The notes under the pieces: model-generated
Told to the model about the DNA's origin: nothing
What the model saw: only the letters and a program-made list of their open reading frames with translations
The model's database searches: none
Shown here: positions 9,312 through 21,700 of the stretch, piece after piece
How the letters are laid out: every line of letters begins with the position of its first letter
Position numbering within the stretch: position 1 is the stretch's first letter
Program-made: the position numbers and the translations under genes
DNA from: a virus
Taxonomy: Duplodnaviria; Heunggongvirae; Uroviricota; Caudoviricetes
Virus record (IMG/VR): IMGVR_UViG_3300024272_000021
DNA length: 64,000 bases
Reading direction: 5' to 3' (one strand)

Positions 9312-10274
9312 TTGAACATGGCGGTAACCTATGTAAAAAATGCCAACGGTATCTTCGAACCAGTTAGTTCCGTTGGTTTCGCAACTGATACAACACTTTC
9401 ATTATCCGGCAAACCTGCAGACGCTGCAGCTACTGGTAATGCAATTGCCGCCGCAGCTGCGCTAAAAGTAGATAAAGTTAGTGGAAAAGATTTATCAACC
9501 AACGATTACACTAATTCAGATAAGAACTTTGTTGATGCTCTCAGATATACAGACCTTGGTTATATGAATGGCAAGACAATTACCGATTTGAAGACTGCGC
9601 TTGCTAATTGGATTGATGAGGTTCATAATATACCAGGAGCAAGGGCTGTATTTAGAGGGGCTAATCATGTACAGTTATGGAATGACAATGACACCACAAC
9701 GACTATATCAGCAGGCTCCGCATGGACTGTTGAGATAAAAACATATTATAATTATGGTGAATATGCACAGATTGAAATGTGTAACTATACAGACCGGTGG
9801 GTGTATTATGTTGTTTTGTCTAATAACACATGGGGCAAGATTCGCAGAGTAGCATTTGATGCTGATATAGTAAATAAGACTACCCTAACCAACATTTTTG
9901 GCGCATACCACGATCTAACAACCACCGTAACCCCAGGTCCAAATTACTCATCTGCAAGTGGTTCTACTACACTGGTCGGCAATATGCTTCGTGTAAAATT
10001 TTCCGCTGATCGTTCTACTGCAGCTAATGGAAATATTGACAATGAAGTAGTTGCAAATTTCAGCGTTACTCATGGTGGTAAGATTACGGGCGGATTTGCT
10101 GTGTGTATTGGTAATGGTACTTCTGGTCACCTTGCAAATATGGTTGTTAGCAGCGTAAAGTGTAACGAAACTACTTTAACATTTTCAGTAACATTAACAG
10201 CTACTGCTGGCGATACATCTACACTTAATCCGTTCTTTGCTATGCCAGTACTAATTGATATAACTAAATTTTAA
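9312..10274 (+). CDS. Tail fibre-like protein
   Basis: DTTLSLSGKPADAAATG and KVDKVSGKDLSTNDYT fibre motifs; shares a central module with 7072-8514. Confidence 0.65.
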   Translation: MNMAVTYVKNANGIFEPVSSVGFATDTTLSLSGKPADAAATGNAIAAAAALKVDKVSGKDLSTNDYTNSDKNFVDALRYTDLGYMNGKTITDLKTALANWIDEVHNIPGARAVFRGANHVQLWNDNDTTTTISAGSAWTVEIKTYYNYGEYAQIEMCNYTDRWVYYVVLSNNTWGKIRRVAFDADIVNKTTLTNIFGAYHDLTTTVTPGPNYSSASGSTTLVGNMLRVKFSADRSTAANGNIDNEVVANFSVTHGGKITGGFAVCIGNGTSGHLANMVVSSVKCNETTLTFSVTLTATAGDTSTLNPFFAMPVLIDITKF

Positions 10275-10327
10275 ATTATCTAAATATTTTTAATAATCTT
10301 ACATCAACGCGGCCAGGAGGTGAGAAA

Positions 10328-11023
10328 GTGTCACAGAATATATTTAAAATCTACGATGGACGTACAAATTTCTGGCAATGGGACACTAAGCAAAAACTTG
10401 TTGTTTTAGACGAACGTGTAACCGAAGTACGTTTTTCAAATAGAAATATGGAACATTCTAAAAGAAGACCTGTATATACTGACAAGGATGGCGTAAGAAT
10501 ATGCAATGTTCCTGATTTATTGCTGCAACTTCCAAAGAATCTTATTGCATATGCAATTATGAAGGGCGAAGACGGATGCTGTAGTACCATTAAAGCCGTT
10601 AAGTTTGCAGTGTATCAGCAACCGATTCCTACTGATTATGTATGTGAGCAAGATGCTGTTGTTGAGGATATTCTCATGCGTATTGAGTTGCTCGAAAGTC
10701 TACTTAAGGATGTTGAAATTGGTGCGCAACAACTTACTAAGTTTACAAGTTTGGTTGACGCCGCAAAATGGTCTCTTGAAAACGGACAACCTGGTGATAT
10801 CATTGTGGTTAAACTTGATATCGGCTGGGTGCCTCATGTAGTTGAAGAAGACAAGAGTCTCACCCCTATTTGCAATTGTGATGGTGAGATGGTTACTATT
10901 ACACTTGATGGTGATGATGCGGATGGTATTCCAAAGGATGAAATCGAAGTGTATTATGATGGCAACTATGAGGAAAATGATACAATTCAATATTATGATG
11001 GTGGAGGGGCTGCTGGATTTTAA
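10328..11023 (+). CDS. Hypothetical baseplate/fibre-attachment protein (BppU-like N-terminus, tentative)
   Basis: FWQWDTKQKL start; GGAGGTG RBS; located in the fibre cluster. Confidence 0.45.
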   Translation: MSQNIFKIYDGRTNFWQWDTKQKLVVLDERVTEVRFSNRNMEHSKRRPVYTDKDGVRICNVPDLLLQLPKNLIAYAIMKGEDGCCSTIKAVKFAVYQQPIPTDYVCEQDAVVEDILMRIELLESLLKDVEIGAQQLTKFTSLVDAAKWSLENGQPGDIIVVKLDIGWVPHVVEEDKSLTPICNCDGEMVTITLDGDDADGIPKDEIEVYYDGNYEENDTIQYYDGGGAAGF

Positions 11024-11070
11024 TATTTAGTAGCCTTTTTATATATAACTTTAAGAAAGGATGATTTGGA

Positions 11071-12525
11071 ATGGCATTAATTAAAACGGTATTCCAGTTT
11101 AGACGAGCTACCACAGAAGAATGGCTTGCCAATAGTGGCGTTATTCCTGCCCCTGGCGAACCTTGTTTTGACTTAACTGCTCACACTCTAAAAATTGGCG
11201 ACGGTAATTTGACCTATGCGGAGCTTCCAACTATTGGTGGCGTAGAACTTAAGGTTGAAGGTGACGGCAAGTCCATTGTTTTAAAAGATAACGTTTTTCA
11301 GCTAATGGGCTTCGAGGGTGCTGAAGTTGGCGCTCAACCCCGTAAGAATGCAGATGGAGAACTAGAGTGGGTTGTTCCATCTACAGAAACTGTTGAAGGC
11401 CTCAAGTCTACTGTTGCTGGTTTGCAGTCTGATGTTGAAAGTTTACAGACTAATGTAACTAATATTACAAAGATTGTTATGCCTGCTGAGGGCGAAACTG
11501 GCACTATACTTGATAGAGTTGAGTCCTTGGAAACCAAAATGGACGGCACTGGTGAAGGTACTGTCGATGCAAAGATTGATGCAAAGATTGAAGCTTTTGC
11601 CTCTGCTCTAACTCCCGAGGATGATAAAGTTAATACTCTAATGGAGCTAATCAACTATATCGAGTCTCACGGTAAAGAAGCCCTTGACATGGCTGCTGAA
11701 ATTGATGCTCTTCAGGAGCTAGTTGGTAGCACCTCTGTAGCCGACCAGATTGCTGCGGCTGGCCATATCACTAAGGCAGAAGCCGAGGAGACTTTACTAT
11801 CTAAGGTTGAGGCGGCTGCGGTTCTAAAGCATGTTAAGTATGAGATTTCTCATAAGCCCGTTGGTACTCTTGTTAACTATGGCGACAAAGAAATTAGGAT
11901 TATGGTTCCTGCCGATACTAAGTTCGAGCATCAGAACTCTGGCGAAAATGCTGATAAGAATCAGTATTATATTGGCTTTAAAGCATATGCTCCTGAGGGT
12001 GCTGTCAGCTTCAAGGAAGATCTTGCGGAGATTATTTCTGATAATACTATGTATTATTTCGAAGGCAATGATTTCGCAGGCATTGATGCTTACGGCAGAA
12101 AGTATAGCATTTGTTGGTTAGCCGTTGCATACTATGACGAAGCTACCCAGACCTGGATTCGTTATGCTGACAAATCTAGTAAAGAGAAGTACCTTGGCTA
12201 TTACTATTCTGTTGAGTGGTATGATGCTAATGGTGTTAAGATTGATTCTGATTGCATTCGCATTAATCTAAGCAACGAAGACTGTCACAATACTGCTGAA
12301 CCTTATTATATGGGTAAGGTTGTTAAGGGTGTTAAGCTTGGCGGTACTCTGATGGACACGGTTGATCATCTTGTTGACATCCCTGTTGGTGCAGGTCTCA
12401 AGGCTTCTAAGGAAATCGAGATTGCTGAAGATGGAACAATGTCTGTTGGTGTTATATCTTGGGATAAGATAACCGAGGGTGACGGTGAACTTGTTTTAGA
12501 TGGCGGCGGCGCAGCTGCTAACTAA
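11071..12525 (+). CDS. Fibre-like protein with Mtd_N-type N-terminal domain and coiled coil
   Basis: FQFRRATTEEW...PAPGEPCF...LKIGDG...YAELP motif followed by a heptad-rich region. Confidence 0.65.
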   Translation: MALIKTVFQFRRATTEEWLANSGVIPAPGEPCFDLTAHTLKIGDGNLTYAELPTIGGVELKVEGDGKSIVLKDNVFQLMGFEGAEVGAQPRKNADGELEWVVPSTETVEGLKSTVAGLQSDVESLQTNVTNITKIVMPAEGETGTILDRVESLETKMDGTGEGTVDAKIDAKIEAFASALTPEDDKVNTLMELINYIESHGKEALDMAAEIDALQELVGSTSVADQIAAAGHITKAEAEETLLSKVEAAAVLKHVKYEISHKPVGTLVNYGDKEIRIMVPADTKFEHQNSGENADKNQYYIGFKAYAPEGAVSFKEDLAEIISDNTMYYFEGNDFAGIDAYGRKYSICWLAVAYYDEATQTWIRYADKSSKEKYLGYYYSVEWYDANGVKIDSDCIRINLSNEDCHNTAEPYYMGKVVKGVKLGGTLMDTVDHLVDIPVGAGLKASKEIEIAEDGTMSVGVISWDKITEGDGELVLDGGGAAAN

Positions 12526-12561
12526 TATAACTAATATATTTAATTAATGGAGGAATTTATT

Positions 12562-14802
12562 ATGGCTGAGAAGATTTTAAACACTCGTATTTTGATGAAA
12601 ATTGATACTCTAGAAAATTGGGGCTCTTCTAGTCTTAAGCTTAAGGAAGGAGAACTAGCCTTTGCAACTGTTGCCGCTTCTGCTGGCAATGGTCTTACTG
12701 AACCTGTTGTTATGGTTAAAATCGGTACTGCTGAAGAGAAAACTTTCTCCGAACTGCCCTGGGCTTTCCATGCTAAGGCTTCTGATGTTCTTGCTGCTTG
12801 TAAGTCCGAAGATAGTCTAAAGACTTTCATCAATGGCGTTATTGCTGACGCTGGCATTGCTTCCAATGATTCTATGGAAGCTCTTGCTGGCCGTGTAACC
12901 GGTGTTGAGAACCGTGCTACTGCTCTAGAGAACGAACTAAATACTGCTGAGACTGGCCTAAAGGCTAGAATGACCACTGCTGAAGGCGCTATCGACGCTC
13001 TTGAAACTCTAGTTGGTGAGAAGAACGTTGCTACCCAGATTCAGGAGGCGATTGCCGCTCTAGATCTAGCCAATACTTATGAAATTAAGGGCGAGGCCGC
13101 AAAGGTTCAGACCGCTCTTGATACTTACAAGACTTCTAATGACGCTGTTGTTCAGAAGAATGCAACTGATATCGCTGGTGAGATTTCTCGTGCAAAGGCT
13201 GCTGAGGAAGCCAATGCTGGCGCTATCTCTGCTATTAAGGATGGTACTACCATTGATAGTTTTGCCGATGTCGAAGCTGCTCTAGCTGGCAAGCAGGCAA
13301 CTGGCGACTATGCAACTAAGGCAGAAGCTCAGGCTATGGCAGATGGTAAGGATGCTGCAATTGCCGAGGCAAAGAAGGCTGGCACTGACGCTGGTGCTGC
13401 TGCAGCAGCTGCTCAGGCTGATGTTGATGCTCTAGAGCTTCTTGTTGGTGATACTAAGGTATCCGAGCAGATTTCTGGTGCTATCGAAGATCTAGACCTA
13501 GCTAATACTTATGCTGCTAAGGTCCATACTCATGTTAAGGCCGACATCACTGATTTTGCTCATACTCATGAAATCGCTGAAGTTAATGGCCTACAGGCTG
13601 CACTAGATGGCAAGCAGGCCGTTGGCGATTACGCTACTAAGGATGAGGCTCAGGGCTATGCCGATGCTAAGGACGAGGCTATTGCTGCTGCTAAGGCTGC
13701 TGCTGATAAGGCCCAGGGCGAAGTTGACGATCTAGAGACTTATGTTGGCACCATTCCTGCCGATGAGAAGTATGCTGACATTACTAATGTCGTTGCTTAC
13801 ATTAATAAGAAGGCCGAAGAGACTCTAGCTGCTGCACAGGGTGGTTCTTCTGAAACCGCAGCTTCCGTAAAAGCCGCTCTAGACACTTATAAGGCTGAGA
13901 ATGATCCTAGGGTTCAGGCTAATACTGATGCTATTGCTGCCATCGAAGCTGATTACCTAAAGGCTGCTGATAAGACCGAGCTACAGGATCAGATTGACGT
14001 TATCGATGGTCTAGTTGGTGACGAGTCTGTTTCTAAGCAGATTACTGATGTTACCGATCCTCTTGCTGGCAGAGTTAAGGCTATTGAGGATGATTATCTC
14101 AAGGCGGCTGATAAGACTGAACTGCAGAATCAGATTACTACTAATGCAAATGCTATTGAAAGACTTACCAATGGTGTTAGCGCAGAGGAAGTTGACGGCG
14201 TTAATGATCTAATCCAGTACGTTAAGGATCATGGCACCGAAGTTACCGGCATGAAGGCCGATATTAAGGCTAATTCCGAAGCTATCGATGCTATCGAAGC
14301 CGACTATCTAAAGGCCGCTGACAAGACCGAGCTTTCTGGCCTAATTACTGGTCTAGATACCCGTATGGGCGCTGCCGAGACTGCTATTGGTACTAAGGCT
14401 GCTCAGTCCGATCTAGAAGCTCTTGTTGGTCGCGTTTCTACTGTTGAGGGTGACCTAAACACCGAAACTACTGGTCTAAAGGATAAGATGGCTGCTGCTG
14501 AGGCTGCTATTGAGGCTCTAGAGAGCAAGCACAGCGAGGGCACTGTTGCCGAGCAGATCGCCGCTGTTACTGGTCCTATGGACGAGCGCATTGTAGCTCT
14601 TGAGGCTATTGATCATGAGCATGCCAACAAGACTGTTCTTGACGGCATTTCTGCTGAGCAGGTTACTGCTTGGGATGCAGCTGTTCAGACTGTTACTGCT
14701 GGCACTGGTCTAACTGCTACTAAGACCGGCACCGATGTTGCTATTGGTTTCGATGACAGCGTAACCTTCGTGTTCGACTGCGGAGATAGCACTAACGTCT
14801 AA
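12562..14802 (+). CDS. Long Ala-rich coiled-coil fibre protein with Mtd_N-type N-terminus
   Basis: KILNTRI...LKEGELAF...VKIG...ELPW motif; repeats AIEADYLKAADKTEL (3 copies) and GDYATK.EAQ (2 copies); ATG 12562 after a GGAGG RBS. Confidence 0.7.
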   Translation: MAEKILNTRILMKIDTLENWGSSSLKLKEGELAFATVAASAGNGLTEPVVMVKIGTAEEKTFSELPWAFHAKASDVLAACKSEDSLKTFINGVIADAGIASNDSMEALAGRVTGVENRATALENELNTAETGLKARMTTAEGAIDALETLVGEKNVATQIQEAIAALDLANTYEIKGEAAKVQTALDTYKTSNDAVVQKNATDIAGEISRAKAAEEANAGAISAIKDGTTIDSFADVEAALAGKQATGDYATKAEAQAMADGKDAAIAEAKKAGTDAGAAAAAAQADVDALELLVGDTKVSEQISGAIEDLDLANTYAAKVHTHVKADITDFAHTHEIAEVNGLQAALDGKQAVGDYATKDEAQGYADAKDEAIAAAKAAADKAQGEVDDLETYVGTIPADEKYADITNVVAYINKKAEETLAAAQGGSSETAASVKAALDTYKAENDPRVQANTDAIAAIEADYLKAADKTELQDQIDVIDGLVGDESVSKQITDVTDPLAGRVKAIEDDYLKAADKTELQNQITTNANAIERLTNGVSAEEVDGVNDLIQYVKDHGTEVTGMKADIKANSEAIDAIEADYLKAADKTELSGLITGLDTRMGAAETAIGTKAAQSDLEALVGRVSTVEGDLNTETTGLKDKMAAAEAAIEALESKHSEGTVAEQIAAVTGPMDERIVALEAIDHEHANKTVLDGISAEQVTAWDAAVQTVTAGTGLTATKTGTDVAIGFDDSVTFVFDCGDSTNV

Positions 14803-14822
14803 TTTAATATGAACTAATTATT

Positions 14823-14860
14823 GGGACTGCTCTGTTGATTACAACGGGGCAGTCCTATTT
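14823..14860 (+). terminator. Rho-independent terminator
   Basis: GGGACTGCTCTGTTG-loop-CAACGGGGCAGTCCT stem followed by ATTT. Confidence 0.6.
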
Positions 14861-14880
14861 ATGAAAGGCGATGATTTCAC

Positions 14881-15228
14881 ATGTTTGAGAAGTTATTTCA
14901 ATTAAAATTGAAAAGAATTGAAAAACGTGGTGAACGTCAAAAGGCAAAGCAAGAACTTGAAGCAAAATATGCTGAATATTATCCCAGTAAAAAGCGTAAA
15001 GTTTCTAATATTATGTTGGTTGCAGTTGTTTGCGCCATTGCAATTTACACTATTGCAAATTTATGGATTACGTATACAACTGGAGTAAGCATTGATTCCA
15101 CGCTTACTACTTGTTTTTATGCGTTTTGGGGCAGTGAGTTGGTCGCATTGACAACATTGAAAACGAGTAAAATTATAAAAGGAATCGATAAAGAAAATGC
15201 GCAAGACGATGAAGATAGTGTAGGTTAA
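14881..15228 (+). CDS. Small membrane protein (holin/antiholin-like)
   Basis: Two hydrophobic segments after a basic N-terminus. Confidence 0.5.
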   Translation: MFEKLFQLKLKRIEKRGERQKAKQELEAKYAEYYPSKKRKVSNIMLVAVVCAIAIYTIANLWITYTTGVSIDSTLTTCFYAFWGSELVALTTLKTSKIIKGIDKENAQDDEDSVG

Positions 15229-15241
15229 AGAGGTGTAAAGT

Positions 15242-15580
15242 ATGGATTGGGTTAATGTTGTAGTTAGTATTTTAAGCGGACTTGCTGTGGCAATTCCTCT
15301 TGTAATTGAGCTTGTAAAATATGTTCAGAAAGCTATTAAAGAAAAAAATTGGGCAGATCTATTAGGGCTTATTACTAATCTTATGCAGGAAGCTGAGTCA
15401 AAATTCAGCGATGGTACTGAGAGAAGAGAATGGTGCCTTATGATGGTAAAGGCTAGTGCCGATACTATTAATTATGATATCGATTTAGTACAGGTCGGAA
15501 ATCTGATTGATTCTTTGTGCGCCATGTCTAAGATCGTCAATGCACCCAAAGAAGAGGAAAATGTTGAGGTGGGATCTTAA
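15242..15580 (+). CDS. Putative holin
   Basis: N-terminal transmembrane helix followed by a helical soluble part (EAESKF...ERREW), like LL-H-type holins. Confidence 0.55.
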   Translation: MDWVNVVVSILSGLAVAIPLVIELVKYVQKAIKEKNWADLLGLITNLMQEAESKFSDGTERREWCLMMVKASADTINYDIDLVQVGNLIDSLCAMSKIVNAPKEEENVEVGS

Positions 15581-15661
15581 TGGCCTCACTTTAAAAACAT
15601 GACTGTGAAAATTATGTTAAAAATATTATTTTAATTTTATATATAATTATGAAAATGGGAG

Positions 15662-18460
15662 GTGTCGCCAGTGGGCGTCAGCATTATGGAAGCGCTCAGG
15701 CGAGCTGTGCGCTCAATCTATGTAAAAATTCCTACTGAATTAAGTGTGTCTGGCAATAAATTATTTTTGTCGCACAATGGCACTTTACTAGATGAAGGAA
15801 TTGAATATAATCCCGGTGGTGGTGCGGGTGGCGGCAGTGTGGGTTATGTTACATTGAAGAACTTATTACATTCTTCAAATATTACGGCTGCATATGGTAG
15901 TATCGTTGAATTAAAATTTGCATATTCGACAACTGAAGAAACTGATGATGGTTCCGCTAATATTTATCTTGATGATGTATTAAAAAATACAGTAGCAATT
16001 AAAAGAGGAGAAAACTCGATTGATATCACCAAATATTTAAGAGAAGGAACTAATAATATTAAATTGACCTGTATAGATCCTTACGGTAATGAAAAATCTC
16101 TTAAATATATTGTTAGTGTTGTTTCTTTGACTCTTACAACTAGCTTCAATGATTCGAAACCATATACGGGAGATCATTTTGAAATTCCATATATTTTAAC
16201 AGGCGATGGGGACAAAATAATGCACTTTGAGTTTGATGGAACTGACATTACTGAAACTGTATCTTCGTCTGGAACAAATTCAAAAAAGACAATTTATTTT
16301 GAAACCAGAGGGCATGGAACATATACCTTAAAAATGTATGCAGAAATGGAAATTTCAGGGCAAACTGTTATAAGTGATATTTTTTATTTCGATGTTATGC
16401 GTGTTTTAGGTACTACTCCGCTAATTAGTTCGACCTGCGATGTTGTTAGTGCGAAGCAATATGAAACAATTAATATCCCATTTTCTGTATATCATGCCAC
16501 AGATGATGCGCCCATTGTTGATCTTATCATTAGTCAGGATGGTACGATTTATTCTCAAAAAACAATGGCTGCTAATCGCGGAGAACGAGTTATTTGGCCT
16601 GCGAGAACTACTTTAATTGGCAATGTGAACTTTACTATCTCATATGAAGGCGTTAGCAAGAGTCATACTATTACTATTACAGAGAGCGATATTAATGTGT
16701 CTGTAAGGCAAAATGATATGGCGTTTGAATTAAGAGCCGCTGGTAAATCAAATAATGATACAGATAAGAATGTCTGGGTTAGCAGTATCGGAGATGTCTC
16801 GGTAGATTTTGAAAACGTCGGTTGGAATGTTGAACAAAAAACATTTATATTAACTGGCGCTGACTCTGGCAGTGAAATAAAGAAAAAATATGCGATTGGA
16901 ACTGGTTGGACTACTGATGACAATGGTGACACTGCATTGAGATTATCTGGAGATGCGCGAGCTACTATCAATTTCCAGCCATTTTCTGAAGATTGGACGG
17001 AATCCGGTAAAACGATTGAAATGGAATTTGCTATTCGTGATGTTAACAATCGTGATGCAATTGCTATTTCTTGTATGAATAATAATGTTGGTTTTAAGGT
17101 TACAGCAGATACTGCGTCTTTGATTAGAAATAATGTTCCGATAGTTGAAGCAAAATATGTAGATGACGAAAAAATTCATTTGGCATTTGTGGTTGAAAAA
17201 CAAGTCATGAACGATCATACTGTTCGTTTGGTTACGTCTTATTTGAACGGTGTCTTGTCTAGTGCGGCTACTTTTGCTGAAAGCGATGCGATATTCCAAA
17301 ATCCAGCCGTAAATATATCTGTCGGTTCTTCGGATTGTTCTCTCGACTTGTATATGATGCGTTTTTATGATGTAGCCCTTACTAGTAATGAATTAAGGGA
17401 TAATTATATTGCTGATAGTATGGACGCGGATTTGTTGGCAGATAATGATGTTTATGTTAATGGCGCTATCGAATATAGCAAGTTAGAAAATAAAATTCCA
17501 GTTATGAGAATTACCGGTGAACTTCCTTCTAGAAAAGCAGATTCAAATAAGAAAAAGGGAGGAAGAGATTATCCTGTAGATGTAATTTATACGAATAAAA
17601 CTTCAGTCCCAAGCATTCAAGAGAATGGTGTGTTAATTCATGTGCAGGGTACATCGTCCGAAGGTTATATTCGTAAAAACTGGGATCTTGATTTCGAGAA
17701 TGAATATCAGCATATGGAGAATCAGTTGCCTACGGATTATTTCACTATGAAAGCCGATTATGCTGAGGCAACAGGCACACATAATACAGGTAACGCAAAC
17801 TATGCGCATATTTTTTATACTGCGGATAAGTTTAGTGATGATGCGCCGTTTACTATTGATCCTCTTGCTAGGTCAACAATTGCAGGTTTCCCATGTGTTA
17901 TTTTCCATAGGAAAACCGAAGATGACCCATATACTTTTGCCGGTAAATATAATTTCAACTTCTCGAAGAATTCTGAGAATGTTTTTGGATTTACTGCAAC
18001 AAACGAGAATGGAACTCCCGTATATCCTAAGATTCAGTCATGGGAATTCTGTGAAAATAAATATCTAGCATGTAGATTTAGACAAGATCCTGACGCTTCT
18101 GATATAACGGAAGATGATTGGAGAGAATGGTTTGACGATAGATATCTTTATGATGGTGGAGATTTAGAAGACTTTAAAGTAATGTATCGTTGGGTTTATT
18201 CTACTTGTCAAGATAATGCGACAGGTGAAAATCTTGCAGAAACTTATGTCGATGTTGATGGCGTAACACATACCCAGGACACAAAAGAATATAGGCTTGC
18301 CAAGTTTAAGACAGAATTTAAGGATCACTTTGATTTGGACTTTAGTCTTGTTTATTATCTATATACGTTTGTAATGTTGATGTGTGACCAGAGAGCAAAA
18401 AATATGTTCTTAACTTCATGGGATGGAATCATATGGTCCCCGTGGCTATATGACAACGAT
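15662..18460 (+). CDS. Large multidomain virion protein, exon 1 (beta-sandwich/LamG-like domains plus CotH-kinase-like N-part)
   Basis: 933 codons ending ...PWLYDND, in frame with 18717 (TCLGINNEG); KADY, GKYNFN and DQRAKNMF motifs; ~1,981 aa spliced. Confidence 0.7.
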
Positions 18461-18716
18461 AAAATTTTTATGTCGTTGTAAAACTCTCTCTAATATACGG
18501 CGAAAACCGTGAGAACGGCAACGCCTTGGAAGCGAAAGCACCAACAACGACTGAGCGAGAGAGGCTCTATTAAAGCGGTTTAATAGAGTATGTAACAGTC
18601 TGAACTGCAAATATAATCTAAAAATGAAATTGCAGAGGGAGGGTCGGCGGTAACCAGACCGTCTTGGAAGAACCTTCCCCGCTTGTAGAAATACGAGTCA
18701 TAAAAGTAACAGAATG
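18461..18716 (+). mobile_element. Group I intron 2 (ORF-less, 256 nt)
   Basis: P1: exon ACAACGAU pairs with GUCGUUGU (U.G at the splice site). P3 is CUCUCUC/GAGAGAG. P7 is GACUG 18549-18553 / CAGUC 18596-18600. Terminal G at 18716; in-frame join YDND|TCLG. Confidence 0.9.
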
Positions 18717-21700
18717 ACATGTTTAGGTATCAATAACGAAGGTTATCTTCGTTACGATTATTACCATGAAGATTTAGGACAAAATGATGCCGTTGGCGCA
18801 ACCAATGTATATAACGGTTACGACTCTGTACTATGGAATAATTTCTCAGAAGCCTTCAAAGACGACATTCAAAAAACATATAGCGCATGGAGAAGTGGAG
18901 ATTCGCCTCTATTGAGTTATGATAATGTTATAAAATATTTTATAACTGATCAATCTGATAAATGGTGTATCTCTATTTATAATGAGGATGCTGAATATAA
19001 GTATTTATCTATGTATAGAAACGGAGACGATTCATCTTTCTTATATCAGGTTAAAGGCACTGGTGAGGAACACTTAAAATATTTTATTAAGAATCGTTTA
19101 ATGTATTGCGACTCCAAGTGGCAAGCAGGAGATTTTATTAATAAAGATACAAACACTATATTGTTACGTCTAAATTCTCCTGACGGCATTGAAGATGAAG
19201 AAATTAAACCAAACATGAATATTAAATATAAAACATTCTCTAATATGTATACCGGAGTGCGTTATGGTACGAATGGTGTTTTGATACCTCGTTACACAGA
19301 TAGAGGACAGCTCGTAGAACATCCGATGCCTGAAGGCGAAGATCCGAACAACCTTGATACATATATCTTTGGCGCGAATGAAATTTCTGAGCTTGAAGAT
19401 TTATCTTTGTTATATCCTAACCTAATCAATATTAGTGCCGCAAGTAAATTAACTAAATTAGTAGTTGGCAATAGTCATCCTAATTATAAAAATGATGTTC
19501 TGAAGAGTTTGTCATTTTCTAATAATAGACTATTGAGAGAAGTAAATGTATGTAATTGTACTGGTTTGACAATCACTCTTGACTTCTCATTGTGTCCAGA
19601 TATTCAATATATTTATGCTACTGGTAGTAATATTTCAGGTGTCCAATTGCCTGATTCAGGTTTCTTAAAAGTACTTCAGCTACCTGCAACTATTAGTAGC
19701 TTGTCGCTTGTAAATCAGCATCATATAGAAGAACTTGTTTGCGAAGGTTATGGTAATTTAACAACAATAAAAATAGAAAACTCGGATAATATTCCATTAC
19801 AAGATATTCTTCTTGGTTGTGATTCACAAGTATTGGCATCTGTATCTATTAAGAATATTCATTGGAACGTTGATTCTGAAGAAAACCTACAAACGATTAT
19901 TGATAAGTTAGTGGCGTGCAGTGGTTCTGTAATTGAGGGATCTGTTTATCTGCCTAGTGGAATAACTGTTTCTGATGACTTAAAAGTAATGATTCATCAG
20001 AACTTCCCAAATTTAAATGTTATTGATGACAACCCTGTATTCTATATTGATTATTTTAATTTTGATAATACAATTTGGGATACCGAAATGGTAAACGCCG
20101 GAAATAACGCTGTTGGCCCACAAAAGGGCGACCCTGATGATATTATACAAGAAGCGCAGGGTTTAAGGCATCTATTTGTGCAGTGGAAAACGTTCCCCAC
20201 TAATGTAAATAAAAATTATCAGATTGACGCTACATGGCAGACGCAATATGCGATTAGATATTATGACGAGGATACGTTATTGTATGATTATTGGGCGGAT
20301 CAAGGTAGTATTGCAAAAGACCCGACACTTGATAATTCTATTTCGGTACCGCAAAAGGATGGCACCGATGATTTAAGATATTCATTTAATGGATGGGACA
20401 ATCTACCAATAAACATCCAGAAGTCAGTAAGCATTAACGCTCTTTGGGTAAATCTATATCCTGTTCGTTTCTACGCTACAAAATCTGCAACAACACCTCA
20501 TTATGTACAGTGGATAAAAGACGGAGAAGATGCCTACAATCCAATTGTCGCAAACGAATGCCACACTCCAACGGATATCCTAACCGAAAATGAGGTTAAA
20601 TATGTATTCTCTAATTGGGACAATATTCCAACTAACGTTACAGCTATTTGTAAAGTATATGCAGAATATACCCCTCATTGGGCAGCGAGATTCTGGAATG
20701 AGAATAAATTATATCTCGTAGAGTATGTACCTAATGGCACTAATGTGGTTGAGCCTAAGTATTATTTTGAAAACTATATTAATCCCACAAAAGCAAGCAC
20801 CGCACAATATGATTATCATTTTTCAAAATGGGATGGCAATTTTGCTTCTATTTCTGAAGCCAGGGATTATTATGCCGTGTATACTAGCACAATTCGTAAG
20901 TATAATGTTTACTTCTATAATGAGGACGAATTACTTTATACTGTTGAGAATGTGGAATACGGTTCTAAAACATCTTATGTGGGCAGTACCCCAGTTAAAG
21001 CAGGAGTAGATAATCCAGAAGAATATGTCTTTAAAGGTTGGATGCCTGCGCCAGAGAATATTACTGGAGAAACTAACTGTTATGCACTATTTAAATTTAC
21101 TGGTTATCTATTTGGAAAATTAAGTGATGATAGTGAATATGGAACCGTTGATGATCCGAATTGGGATATGATTAATCCTTATTGGAATACAATTAGCGCA
21201 GATGTGAGCGCCTACCAGAATGGTACGATGAGTAAAGATGAGTTTATGGCAAAATACCCGATTGGTGGACGTATGATTATGCCTGTTAATCTTTCGAGCG
21301 GAACAGTTGTGGCAGACGTTGAAATCATAGGTCATGACCATGATGATTTGGCCGATAACTCTGGCAAAGCGCCGTTAACATTCTTCTGTGTAGATTTGCC
21401 ACAAATTTTACGCTCTATGAATGAGGTAAGCAGCGGTAACAGTGGTTGGGAATCTAGTGAAATGCGCGAATTTGTAAATGGTGAATTATTAAATGCACTC
21501 CCAGATTCATTGAAGGGAATTATTAAACCAGTAAATAAAATTTCCGATGGCGGCGTAGGCAACAAAGTACTAGTTACAACAACTGAAAATTGTTGGCTTG
21601 CATCTTATGATGAAGTAGGTTTTACTACTGGTAGCTATAACTTATCTGGACAGGGTGAATTGTATTCATCTATATTTTCAAGTAATAAAAATAGTCGTAA

